This document shows, in pieces, positions 1 to 9,000 of a DNA stretch of 64,000 nt. The translations under genes and the position numbers were made by a program. Under the pieces are notes generated by a model that had not been told where the DNA came from, ran no database searches, and saw only the letters and a program-made list of their open reading frames with translations. Every line of letters begins with the position of its first letter. The stretch's first letter is position 1. Source of the DNA: a bacterium (lineage in GTDB: Bacteria; Sumerlaeota; Sumerlaeia; SLMS01); assembly GCA_016125005.1 (NCBI GenBank), contig WGMQ01000030.1:101-64100 (forward strand). The letters are read 5' to 3'.

Positions 1-271
1 ACGCGATGCGGGTGCCACCATTGAGGTACTGCTTCTCCTCGTAGGCGGCGCCATCGCCGAGATCCAGCCGGAGCGGACGATCCACCGTGATGAGCGTTGA
101 GCTTTGCGAGCGATACTTCGAGCCGCCATCGGCGCTTCGATACTCGATCGTTTCGATCATCCGATAGTGATGAACGTCCGACCCCGCAAGGCGACCGACG
201 GCCGCAGAAATGGGAGCCGTGGCAGCCGACATGAAGATCATGCACGAACAAATGAAGCGAGAGGCCAGCAT
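1..271 (-). CDS. hypothetical exported protein, 5-prime part only (gene runs off the left edge)
   Basis: Minus-strand frame is open from ATG (complement of 269-271) to base 1. GAGGA lies 7 nt upstream. The deduced N-terminus MLASRFICSCMIFMSAATAPISAAVG looks like a signal peptide. It is absent from the ORF track because no stop lies inside the window. Confidence 0.4.
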   Translation of the reverse strand, partial: MLASRFICSCMIFMSAATAPISAAVGRLAGSDVHHYRMIETIEYRSADGGSKYRSQSSTLITVDRPLRLDLGDGAAYEEKQYLNGGTRIA

Positions 272-496
272 TGTGGTTTCCTCGGTTGCGCGAAATACGG
301 GTAGGGCAAGTTGGCGCTACGTTCTTACCCCCTCCAGTCGATGGGCAAGTCGTTTCTTAACAAAAAGCAACATTTCGCACTAAATGAACCAGATCGGCGG
401 GGGCGAATATCCCGTCCGCTATCCTTGACCCCGGGGGCCGCCGTCGCCCAGACACTCCCCCGCCAAAAACTCTGCCCAAGGATCAAGGTCCCCGTC

Positions 497-2062
497 ATGT
501 CCCAGCGTTCTGCCCTGCTTTCCGTTAGCGACAAAACCGGTCTCGTGGAGATCGCCCAGGCCCTCGCCAACGCTGGGGTCCGTCTCATCTCCACTGGCGG
601 AACGGCCGCGGCGCTGCGCAAGGCAGGCCTCACCGTTCTGGACATCTCCGAGGTCACCGGCTTCCCCGAGGTCATGGACGGGCGCGTGAAGACCCTCCAC
701 CCTGCCGTCCACGGCGGCCTGCTCGCCCGCCGCGATGTCCCCGAGCACATGCAGGTCCTCACCGACCACGGCTTCTCCACCATCGACTTCGTCGTCGTGA
801 ACCTCTACCCCTTCGTGAAGACCGCCCAGGACACCTCCAAGTCCCTTGAGGAAGTCATCGAGCAGATCGACATCGGCGGTCCCTCGATGCTCCGCTCCGC
901 GTCGAAGAATTACGAGTCGGTGACCGTCGTGACCGACCCGGCCGACTATCCGCGTGTAATCGCCCAGCTCGCCGAGTCCGGCGCCACCACCAAGGCCTTC
1001 CGCGCCGAGCTGGCCGCCAAGGTCTTCCAGCAGACCTCCGCCTACGACGCCGCCATCGCCAGCTACCTGTCTGCCAAGGCCCTCGAAGGGGCCGAGGAGC
1101 GAGGCAACTGGCCCTCCGTCTTCACGGTCTCCATGCCCCTCGCCCAGACGATGCGCTATGGCGAAAACCCGCACCAGGCCGCGGCGTTCTATCGCGACCC
1201 CGCCTGCTCGGAGACGAGCGTTGCCGGAGCACGCCAGCTCCACGGCAAGGAGCTGAGCTACAACAACATCCTCGACGCGGAAGGCGCGCTGGAGATGGTG
1301 CGCGATTTCACCGACCTCGCCCCCGCTGCCGCCGTCATCGTCAAGCATAGCAACCCCTGCGGCATCGCCCTCGGCAAGTCAGTTTTCGAGGCCTACGAGC
1401 GCGCCCGCGAAACTGATCCCGACTCGGCCTTCGGCGGCATCGTGGCGCTTTCCACTGAGGTCGACGAGGAAGCAGCAAAGGCCATCGGCGCCACCTTCAA
1501 CGAGATCGTCATCGCCCCCTCTTTCAGCGAAGGCGCCCTCGCCGAGCTGACCAAGAAGAAGAACCTGCGCCTCCTTGCCACCGGTCCCTTCACGCCGAAG
1601 AAGAACACGCTGATTGTTCGCGGTGTCGTGGGCGGCGCCGTGGTGACGGAGCGTGACCTCGGGATGATCACCGCCGCGGAGCTCAAGCCCGTGACGGCGC
1701 TTGTGCCGGGTGCCGACGACTTGGCCGCGCTGCTCTTCGCCTGGCGCTGCGTCAAGTGGGTGAAGTCCAACGCCATCGTCTATACCAGCGCCACGGCGAC
1801 GCTGGGCATCGGCGCGGGCCAGATGTCCCGCATCGACTCGGCCAACATCGGCGCCATGAAGAGCCGCAAGCCGCTCGCGGGAGCCTTCATGGCCAGCGAC
1901 GCCTTCTTCCCCTTCCGCGACTGCGTGGACATCGCCGCGAAGCACGGCATCAAGGCCATCATCCAGCCCGGCGGTTCCGTCCGGGACGAGGAGTCCATTG
2001 CCGCCGCCAACGAGAAGGGAATCGCAATGGTCTTCACCGGTGTGCGCCACTTCCGCCACTGA
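497..2062 (+). CDS. purH: bifunctional AICAR transformylase / IMP cyclohydrolase
   Basis: Frame of the 583-aa ORF. From MSQRSALLSVSDKTGLVEIAQALANAGVRLISTGGTAAAL it reads as the MGS-like cyclohydrolase domain followed by the AICARFT domain (KHSNPCG, IQPGGSVRD, FTGVRHFRH C-terminus). Start moved to ATG 497; the 62 upstream codons look non-coding. Confidence 0.95.
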   Translation: MSQRSALLSVSDKTGLVEIAQALANAGVRLISTGGTAAALRKAGLTVLDISEVTGFPEVMDGRVKTLHPAVHGGLLARRDVPEHMQVLTDHGFSTIDFVVVNLYPFVKTAQDTSKSLEEVIEQIDIGGPSMLRSASKNYESVTVVTDPADYPRVIAQLAESGATTKAFRAELAAKVFQQTSAYDAAIASYLSAKALEGAEERGNWPSVFTVSMPLAQTMRYGENPHQAAAFYRDPACSETSVAGARQLHGKELSYNNILDAEGALEMVRDFTDLAPAAAVIVKHSNPCGIALGKSVFEAYERARETDPDSAFGGIVALSTEVDEEAAKAIGATFNEIVIAPSFSEGALAELTKKKNLRLLATGPFTPKKNTLIVRGVVGGAVVTERDLGMITAAELKPVTALVPGADDLAALLFAWRCVKWVKSNAIVYTSATATLGIGAGQMSRIDSANIGAMKSRKPLAGAFMASDAFFPFRDCVDIAAKHGIKAIIQPGGSVRDEESIAAANEKGIAMVFTGVRHFRH

Positions 2063-2141
2063 GCCCGCACGCGGTGCGGCTTGACGTGGGGCAAGCAGTT
2101 GCCCTGTATTCCCCGCCTTGCGCGGGAGGACGCGCGTGCCG

Positions 2142-2801
2142 ATGATTGAGACAATCCCCGTCTTTCCGCTCCCGGACACAGTGCTGTTCCCGCGGACTCA
2201 TATCCGACTTCATCTCTTCGAGCCGCGCTACGTGGCCCTGATGGATCGAGTCATGGCCGGGGATGAGCACATGGGCCTGGCTCATCTGAGACCCGGCTTC
2301 GAGTCGGACTACTTTGGCGCCCCGCCGATTTATAAGACGCTGACGTCTGCCCGGGTGCTGCTGGCAGACAAGCTGCCCGATGGGCGGTGGAATGTGCTCT
2401 TGGAAGGCATCCAGCGCGTCAAGCTGGTGGCCGAGTACAAGTCCGAGCCCTACCGCATCATGAAGGTCCGTCCGCTAAGCGACGAGATCCCGCCCGAGCA
2501 TCATGGCGAGTCCGTGCGCCTCATGGAGAGTGCCGCCCGAAAAGTCGAGTCCATTGCGGCCAACTTCGAGGATGGGGAGCGGCGCCTCACCAATCTGGTC
2601 AACCTGCACCAGCACCCGAGTATTGTGGCAGACGTGATTGCCGCTTTGACGGTGGATGATCCCTACACCCGTCAGTCGTTGCTTGAGGAGACAAATGCAC
2701 ATCGGCGCCTCAAGCTGTTGCACGTGCATCTTGATGAGATTCTTACCCAACTGCGCCAGCAAGGCGTGGAAATCAACCTACCGCATGGCGAGGCCGAATG
2801 A
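2142..2801 (+). CDS. Lon N-terminal (LON substrate-binding) domain protein, no AAA or protease part
   Basis: IPVFPLPDTVLFPRTHIRLHLFEPRYVALMDRV is the typical start of the Lon N-domain. ATG at 2142 lies inside a TTG-initiated ORF. The stop overlaps the next start (ATGA at 2798-2801). Confidence 0.75.
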   Translation: MIETIPVFPLPDTVLFPRTHIRLHLFEPRYVALMDRVMAGDEHMGLAHLRPGFESDYFGAPPIYKTLTSARVLLADKLPDGRWNVLLEGIQRVKLVAEYKSEPYRIMKVRPLSDEIPPEHHGESVRLMESAARKVESIAANFEDGERRLTNLVNLHQHPSIVADVIAALTVDDPYTRQSLLEETNAHRRLKLLHVHLDEILTQLRQQGVEINLPHGEAE

Positions 2802-4006
2802 GCAATCCACTGCAGCAAACCGCCGGAGGGGCCAAGTCGGGCTTCCTGAACATGCCCAAGCTACCGGTGGCGGGGTTCTTCGCACGCCTTCTGGCGCTGC
2901 TGCTCGATCTCATCCTCATCATCGCTGGCCTGCATCTTGTGGCAAAGACCTTCGAGCATGCGATCTACTCGATCCCGCTTTGGGCTCCTTATCTCAGCGC
3001 GACGGTCACCTTTCTCTATTTTGTCATGCTAAATGGCCCCTACGGTCGCGGACAAACAATCGGCAAGATGGCGCTGCGGATCCGGGTGCGTGACTATGAT
3101 GGCGGTGTGATCACTTGGCGACAGGCCGTTATCCGGACAGTCGTGCTTTTTCCGACCTTTGTGACCGTGCCGCTCACTGCCCTGTTCGTCCATCCGGGTG
3201 TGGATGTGTGGCACGACTTCATCGCTGGTGTCCTGACACATAATCTGTTCTTGGGGATCCTTGTTGCGACGGCGCTTGTGATTCCATTTAACCCGTTTCG
3301 CCAGGGACTCCATGACTATGCGGCCAAGACGCTTGTTCAGAACGCCGACCCCAAGGAAGCGGTCACCTTCGACCAGCTGACGGAGCAAATCGGAGCCGGC
3401 TGGGTCCCGTTTCATCGTCAGCCCCAGTACTCCGGTCTAGTGACGGTGGCCCTTGTGGTGATCCTGCAGGCAGTCATGATGAACCCGGGGAACTTCACCG
3501 AGAAGCAGTCCGTCTTCCTCAAGAACGTCTATGCCCTGGCATCAAACCCGGGATTCGAGAAGAGCGCTCCAACCTACGCGCCGATCGAGGAGTCGCTCTA
3601 TCAGGCCGCCAAGCAGGAGGCTGAGGGATCAGACCCGGGAGCCACAGCACCGACCGTTGCCGATGACGAACCATCCACGGGACCTCTTCGGCTTGTCATT
3701 CAGGTCTCTCGCCCGCTGTCCTGGAGTGTGGATTTGGCAACTTCAGAGGGATTGAGATTGGCTAATGACTATCTCAGTGAATACCATGAGAAAGTAATCC
3801 CTGTTTTTCTCAGTTACGTGGAGGATTCCACTGACGAAGCAGCCAAACAGCGCGTTTCAAGCTGGTACGGACGCGAGATCGAGTATCATTTGTTGCTCGT
3901 TCAGAGTGTCAGCTTTGTCCCTTATCCGATGCTAATGCGTGAACAATCATCAGGCGTTCTCTCATTCCCGCCAATTCGGAAGTTCGAGCCAGAACCCAAA
4001 GAGTAG
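2798..4006 (+). CDS. RDD-family membrane protein with a C-terminal region of unknown function
   Basis: The N-terminal half has the RDD-family look (FFARLLALLLDLILIIAG, GQTIGKMALRIRV, GLHDYAAKT, several TM helices). The last ~200 aa match nothing I recognise. It is translationally coupled to the upstream gene by ATGA. Confidence 0.7.
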   Translation: MSNPLQQTAGGAKSGFLNMPKLPVAGFFARLLALLLDLILIIAGLHLVAKTFEHAIYSIPLWAPYLSATVTFLYFVMLNGPYGRGQTIGKMALRIRVRDYDGGVITWRQAVIRTVVLFPTFVTVPLTALFVHPGVDVWHDFIAGVLTHNLFLGILVATALVIPFNPFRQGLHDYAAKTLVQNADPKEAVTFDQLTEQIGAGWVPFHRQPQYSGLVTVALVVILQAVMMNPGNFTEKQSVFLKNVYALASNPGFEKSAPTYAPIEESLYQAAKQEAEGSDPGATAPTVADDEPSTGPLRLVIQVSRPLSWSVDLATSEGLRLANDYLSEYHEKVIPVFLSYVEDSTDEAAKQRVSSWYGREIEYHLLLVQSVSFVPYPMLMREQSSGVLSFPPIRKFEPEPKE

Positions 4007-4317
4007 ATTGAGACATTACAGTAATAAGTCCTTACAAAACAATGGCCTACGCGAAGTTGCCACGGGGGCATGAGCGGTGAAATGAAATGGGGTCCGAGGC
4101 CCGAAGAAGTGGCAAACCATGCCCTGTACTTACCCGACTGATCGTTGTCCTCTGACCCCAGTCGGTTGATCGAGCTCCTTCAATATTTTTCTCTCCTATT
4201 ATCTGTAATGATGGAGTTTTCGAACTCAAGACGTTGGCCCTCTCATCGCAGTGATCCATTTGCACTTGACCGCACCGCACGTTTGAATTTCTCTAAGCCA
4301 CGGAAAGAGGCATAGCA

Positions 4318-4797
4318 ATGCCCTCATCTCACCTCTACAAGGAATCAGCAATGTCCGATCTTGCAAATGATCTCTCAAAAGAACTGGTGCAGTTCGATCG
4401 CGAGCGCGAAGAGAAGATCAAGACTTTGAAGGACCGTGCCCAGGCGCGCTTGATGGAGCTGGATGCCATCCGCATCAAGCTGGACCAGGAAGAGATCAAG
4501 CTTCGCGAGTTCCTTAACATGCCCGCCCGCTCCGAGAAGGGTGCCCGCAAGAAGCAGCGTGCCTCTGGTAAGCGTACTTCTTCGGCCGCCAAGGCCGAGG
4601 TCATTGCCAAGTTCGTCGCTGACGGTCACATCCGCAACGGTGGCAAGCTGACCCCGGAACTCCGCACCGCCCTCAAGGACGCCGGCTTCAAGCCTTACGA
4701 TCTGGCCAAGATCGGCAAGTACCTCCCTGCCGGCTGGTCCGCGAAGAGCAACGGTGCCCGCGGCCTCCTGGCCGAGACGATCTTCTCTCAGGGCTAA
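4318..4797 (+). CDS. hypothetical protein (coiled-coil N-terminus, basic linker, small C-terminal domain)
   Basis: 159-aa ORF with AAGAGG 7 nt upstream of ATG 4318. It has heptad-like ELVQFDREREEKIKTLKDRAQARLMELDAIRIKLDQEEIKLREF followed by a K/R/S-rich linker. No family recognised. Confidence 0.55.
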   Translation: MPSSHLYKESAMSDLANDLSKELVQFDREREEKIKTLKDRAQARLMELDAIRIKLDQEEIKLREFLNMPARSEKGARKKQRASGKRTSSAAKAEVIAKFVADGHIRNGGKLTPELRTALKDAGFKPYDLAKIGKYLPAGWSAKSNGARGLLAETIFSQG

Positions 4798-4858
4798 GTC
4801 ACACCATCCCTTGCGTTCTGCCTCGGCCCCCGGTAACCCGGGGGCCGAACTGTTACCG

Positions 4859-6718
4859 ATGATCCTCTCGCCCCGCCTCCGCGCCCGATGCGCCCGCCTG
4901 CTCGAATGGCTTCCAGCCCTCGTAGTGCTGCCATTTCTGGCGGTGCTATGGGTCAGTGTCCTCGGTCGCGTGGGTGTCCGGTGGGAGCTTGAGTGGAACG
5001 AAGGCCAGTCCGTCGAGCAGGCTTGGCGATTCGCCGCGGGCCTCCCCCTCTACCCAAAGGTCGCCGACGGCTGGGTGCCGTACATGTACGCCCCACTTTA
5101 TCATATGCTGCTGGGACTGGGGATGCGATGGACCTCAGTCGATGCGCTTCCGCTGGGGCGCTTCCTGTCGGTGCTGGGGATGGTCGCGGCCCAGTGGGCA
5201 GTCTTTCAGATCGTTTATGATAGGACCCGGCGGGCCTCGGCGGCACTTTTTGCGGTGGGATTGACCGCCATTTGGTACAAGGCATCCGGACTTTCCTGGG
5301 ATTTGGTCCGCGTCGATGGGCTGGCGATCGGCCTCGCGATGGTCGGCTTGGCGATCCTCGCCAGGCCCAGGCGCTCTGACAGTGCGGTTATCGTTGGGAT
5401 GCTGGTGCTGGCGCTGGCGGTGCTGGCCAAGCAGAACCTCGGCCTGCTGGCGGTTGCCTGCACGCTGCAACTGGTCTTCCTCCGCCCAAGGGCCACGATC
5501 CTCGGCGGGGCGCTCGTGGGTTTCCTCGTCATAAACTTCGTGTTCCTGATGATCGTGAGCGGAAACAGCGAGTTCCTCAAGTACACCGTAACCAATGCAA
5601 GCCACCACCTGAGCCGTCACGACGTCTTCTTCCCCGGGGCCTTCTACCCCGACCGCTTCCGCGCCGAGCTTCCTGATGGCGTTGGCTGGTTCGGTACCCT
5701 CGACGCATACATCGCGCTCTGGCTGGACAAGGGCCCGCCTGAGGTCTGGAAGGAGTTCGTGCGCCACTGGGCGCTGACCCTCGGCATTCCCGGGCTCGCG
5801 CTCGCCTGGTCAGTCCTCCGGCGGAGGCGGGCTCACTGGTGGTTCTTTATGCTCCCCGTGGCCGCGCTGCTGGCCGGGGCGATTACCGCGTGGGCGAAGT
5901 TTGGGGGTTTTAGCAACAACTTCCTCCCGTTCTACGTTGGCTGGGCCATCCTCCTGAGCCTCTGCGCGGAATGGCTGCGGCGCCAGACGACCGGGCTCAT
6001 GCGCATGGCGATTCCTGTCACCGTGGCGGCGCTGGTCCTGCTCCAGATCGTCCAGCCCTGGGCTCTTCCTGACGCAAAGGACGAGGTGACGCGCTACGTT
6101 CTCGCCGACAAGGAAGGGGACGTGCAGGCTCGCTCTCTGGTGCTGGAAACGGGAGTCCGTCGCATGCGCCCGCTGACCGCGGGCGATGGGGCACGACCGC
6201 TCCCCTGGTGGGCCGATGCCTATTACGACGTGTCTCGGATCGAATCAGCCGGACTGCTCTGGCTACCCTCCCGGACTTGGCCGGCGCCGGACTCCGATCT
6301 CGCCTTCGCGGCGCTCGGCAAGTGGCTGGACGAACGCCGGGCTCTCGGTGAAAACGTCTGGGTAATGCACCATCAGTGGTATGCCATGCGCCGGGGACAC
6401 CCCGCGGTGATGAACGTCGACATGGCCCGCTGTGCGGAGTGGGCTGGCGACCCCATCCCACCTCAGTTGCTCGACAAGATCAGCGACGGCGGCTTCCAGT
6501 GGATCGTTCTGGATATGGAGGACATCACCTACGAGTGGCTCCCCTTGGGTGTTCGCCAGCGGATCCAGGCCGGGTATCAACCGATCGGGCCCGTCCCGGG
6601 TCTGGCCCCTTTCGTGGGGACCAACGCGCTGCTTCCCACGACCGGGGCGCGGATGCGGCCCCTTTACGCCTGGCGCAGCAATGCGCTTGCGGCGCCCGAC
6701 ACCCAAGGGTCGGATTGA
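4859..6718 (+). CDS. polytopic membrane protein, GT-C (ArnT/PMT-like) glycosyltransferase candidate
   Basis: Start moved to ATG 4859 (MILSPRLRARCARLLEWLPALVV). It has many hydrophobic helices followed by a soluble C-terminal domain. The first loop EWNEGQSVEQAWRFAAGLPLYP resembles GT-C enzymes. The family call rests on architecture only. Confidence 0.55.
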   Translation: MILSPRLRARCARLLEWLPALVVLPFLAVLWVSVLGRVGVRWELEWNEGQSVEQAWRFAAGLPLYPKVADGWVPYMYAPLYHMLLGLGMRWTSVDALPLGRFLSVLGMVAAQWAVFQIVYDRTRRASAALFAVGLTAIWYKASGLSWDLVRVDGLAIGLAMVGLAILARPRRSDSAVIVGMLVLALAVLAKQNLGLLAVACTLQLVFLRPRATILGGALVGFLVINFVFLMIVSGNSEFLKYTVTNASHHLSRHDVFFPGAFYPDRFRAELPDGVGWFGTLDAYIALWLDKGPPEVWKEFVRHWALTLGIPGLALAWSVLRRRRAHWWFFMLPVAALLAGAITAWAKFGGFSNNFLPFYVGWAILLSLCAEWLRRQTTGLMRMAIPVTVAALVLLQIVQPWALPDAKDEVTRYVLADKEGDVQARSLVLETGVRRMRPLTAGDGARPLPWWADAYYDVSRIESAGLLWLPSRTWPAPDSDLAFAALGKWLDERRALGENVWVMHHQWYAMRRGHPAVMNVDMARCAEWAGDPIPPQLLDKISDGGFQWIVLDMEDITYEWLPLGVRQRIQAGYQPIGPVPGLAPFVGTNALLPTTGARMRPLYAWRSNALAAPDTQGSD

Positions 6719-6802
6719 CTTGGCGCGTGCGAGTTGGGCACGATCACCGTTGGCGCTCGGCCTAACCACGGACCGTCCCGCATGCGAAAGGGCACACCTG
6801 AA

Positions 6803-7003
6803 ATGTTGATTGTTGGGTTTCTGGGCACAACCGAGGTGATCCTGATCTTCGTGGCAATCCTGCTGGTATTCGGACCCGCCAAGCTGCCGGCGCTCGCAAA
6901 GGCCCTCGGGCAAAGCATCCGCGAGTTCAAGTCCAGCTCCAAGGATTCGATCGGGCAGGACAAGGATGACCGGGATGACCCCCCCACCGGGACCAAGAAG
7001 TAA
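6803..7003 (+). CDS. tatA: twin-arginine translocase subunit TatA/E
   Basis: MLIVGFLGTTEVILIFVAILLVFGPAKLPALAKALGQSIREFK shows a TM helix plus an amphipathic helix with the FGxxKLP signature. Start at ATG 6803 inside the listed ORF. Confidence 0.85.
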   Translation: MLIVGFLGTTEVILIFVAILLVFGPAKLPALAKALGQSIREFKSSSKDSIGQDKDDRDDPPTGTKK

Positions 7004-7027
7004 GAGCCCGACGACCCCCGCCCGCTG

Positions 7028-7963
7028 ATGGCCCCCTCCTCTCCCGAAAAGGAAATGAGCCTCTTCGATCACCTCGAGGAGCTACGTGGTCGCATCATCA
7101 CATCCCTGATGGCGTTCTCGGTGTGTGTGGTGATCGGCTACTTTCTGGCCCCGTGGCCGCTGGATTGGCTCAGCGAACCCATCGAGCGGGCCCACGCCGA
7201 CCTGGTGCTGCGCCAGCAGAAGCAGACGCTCATCATCGATGTCGCCACGGATGGTACCATGCGGCTGAGGGACCAGACCGCCCTTGATCGCATCGACACC
7301 CACACGGCCTTCGAGTTCCACCGTCCCGGCACCGACAAGGCGCCGGTGCGCTGGGCGCCGGGTGTCACCCCGTCCCTCTTCTACATGCACCCGATGGACC
7401 CCTTCATGATTCGCGTGAAGGCGGCCATGATCATCGGGTTGATCCTCTCATTGCCAGTAATCCTTTACCAGCTTTGGATGTTCATCAACCCGGGGCTCCA
7501 TGCCCATGAGAAACGCTTTGCGCTCCCCGTGATCGTCACGGGAACTGTCCTGTTTCCGGTGGGTGCGGCGTTCGCTTTCTTCATGATGGAGGTGACGCTC
7601 GATTTCTTTGCGAGCTTCGTGATGGGCGGGGCTGGCATGATGAATGATGCGAGCACCTATTTGGGCTTCACCCTCGCAATGATGCTTGCCTTCGGCTTGG
7701 TTTTTGAACTTCCTCTTGGCTTGGTCATTGCCACGCGCATGGGACTGGTTTCGGTGGATTGGCTTGCCGGTCGCCGCCGTATCATCTTCGTGGTGATCCT
7801 GGTGGTGGCGGCCGTGGCAACGCCCAGCGGAGATCCGTTTACCATGCTGGCGATGGGCCTTCCGCTTTACCTCTTGTTCGAGGTTGCCATGATCGTCAGC
7901 CGAGTCCTGGAGCGCGAAGACCGCGAGAGAGAAGCAAAGCTGACGGCGGGACCAGATGCGTAA
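7028..7963 (+). CDS. tatC: twin-arginine translocase subunit TatC
   Basis: MSLFDHLEELRGRIITSLMAF is a TatC-type N-terminus. It has multiple TM segments and lies directly downstream of tatA. An extra soluble loop follows TM1. The start could instead be ATG 7055. Confidence 0.85.
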   Translation: MAPSSPEKEMSLFDHLEELRGRIITSLMAFSVCVVIGYFLAPWPLDWLSEPIERAHADLVLRQQKQTLIIDVATDGTMRLRDQTALDRIDTHTAFEFHRPGTDKAPVRWAPGVTPSLFYMHPMDPFMIRVKAAMIIGLILSLPVILYQLWMFINPGLHAHEKRFALPVIVTGTVLFPVGAAFAFFMMEVTLDFFASFVMGGAGMMNDASTYLGFTLAMMLAFGLVFELPLGLVIATRMGLVSVDWLAGRRRIIFVVILVVAAVATPSGDPFTMLAMGLPLYLLFEVAMIVSRVLEREDREREAKLTAGPDA

Positions 7964-7986
7964 ACGATGAGGTGAATTCAGGACCC

Positions 7987-8955
7987 ATGGCAGGACGCGC
8001 CCCCCAAAACACCTTTCTGGTGCTCGACCCTTCGGCCGGGGAGTTTGGGGCTTTCTACGAGGCGCTCGCCAAGTCAGGGACCGTTATCCAGCTCGGCTCG
8101 ATCGAAGAAGCCATGGCCCTTCGCGAAGCCGTCGACGCACCGGTGCTGCTGCTCGACACTGGCTTCGCCAAGGAACTCCTCCCGAGCGAGGTCAGCACCT
8201 TGGTCGACCAACGTGGCCAGCTTCCCATCGGGCTGGTTACCTGCCAACAAACCGATGACTACCTCACCGAGCTCCGTCGCTGGGGGATCCTTCAGGTCGC
8301 CGTCAAGAACGAGCCCCTGATCCCCGAGGAAGCTTGCCATTTCATCGATTGCCTCCGCGACCCGTCCTCCGGTTTCGGCCTCCACGCGCATCTCTACCAC
8401 ACCATGGAGATGTACAACGTCTCTGTCTCCACAATGAAAGAGAAGAACGAGGCGATCGAGAGCGTCATCAACCATTTCGCAACCTCGGGGTTCGAGGTCC
8501 ACGAGCTCTACGACGTCCGGCTGATCCTTGAGGAAGCGCTGAACAACGCCCTCTTCCACGCCTTCCGCACACCAACCGGCGAGGAGAAATACAGCGTCTC
8601 AACCCTGGTGCAGCTCGACCCCAAGGAAAAGGTCCGCATCGAGTACGGCAACAACGCCCGCATGGCCGGATTCTCCGTCACTGACAGCGCAGGCTCGCTC
8701 AAGGTCCACACCATCCTGGACAAGCTGGAACGGCAGTTGAACAAGGAGGGCCTCTTCGATTCGAGCGGCCGCGGACTTTACCTGTCCCGCATGCTTACCA
8801 CCTCTTTCATCATTAATATCGAGGAAGGAAAGCGCACCCAGGTGCTTGCCCTCTTCGACAAACGCCGACATACCGAGCGCCCCAAACCGTTCATTCTCAA
8901 CTTTATCGGTCGCGACTCATTTTCCGAGTGGCGTCTGGACCCCGACTTCGATTGA
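7987..8955 (+). CDS. receiver-like domain fused to RsbW/SpoIIAB-type anti-sigma serine kinase (HATPase) domain
   Basis: Start moved to ATG 7987 (MAGRAPQNTFLVLDP). The N-terminal alpha/beta domain has LLLDTG. The C-terminal part LILEEALNNALFHAF ... GFSVTDSAGSL ... GRGLYLSRML matches the N, G1 and G2 boxes of GHKL anti-sigma kinases. Confidence 0.6.
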   Translation: MAGRAPQNTFLVLDPSAGEFGAFYEALAKSGTVIQLGSIEEAMALREAVDAPVLLLDTGFAKELLPSEVSTLVDQRGQLPIGLVTCQQTDDYLTELRRWGILQVAVKNEPLIPEEACHFIDCLRDPSSGFGLHAHLYHTMEMYNVSVSTMKEKNEAIESVINHFATSGFEVHELYDVRLILEEALNNALFHAFRTPTGEEKYSVSTLVQLDPKEKVRIEYGNNARMAGFSVTDSAGSLKVHTILDKLERQLNKEGLFDSSGRGLYLSRMLTTSFIINIEEGKRTQVLALFDKRRHTERPKPFILNFIGRDSFSEWRLDPDFD

Positions 8956-9000
8956 TATACTGCCCCGCTGGGGTAGATATGGCGTTCGGGAAGGCACGGC

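Noticed and set aside
272-496. Possible ZTP (pfl) riboswitch upstream of purH, a common location for it.
   Set aside because: I could not find the conserved CCGCCTGGGC pseudoknot strand or the GGGTCGTGAC-type 5-prime core on either strand. Only generic GC-rich hairpins are present. An Infernal scan would settle it.
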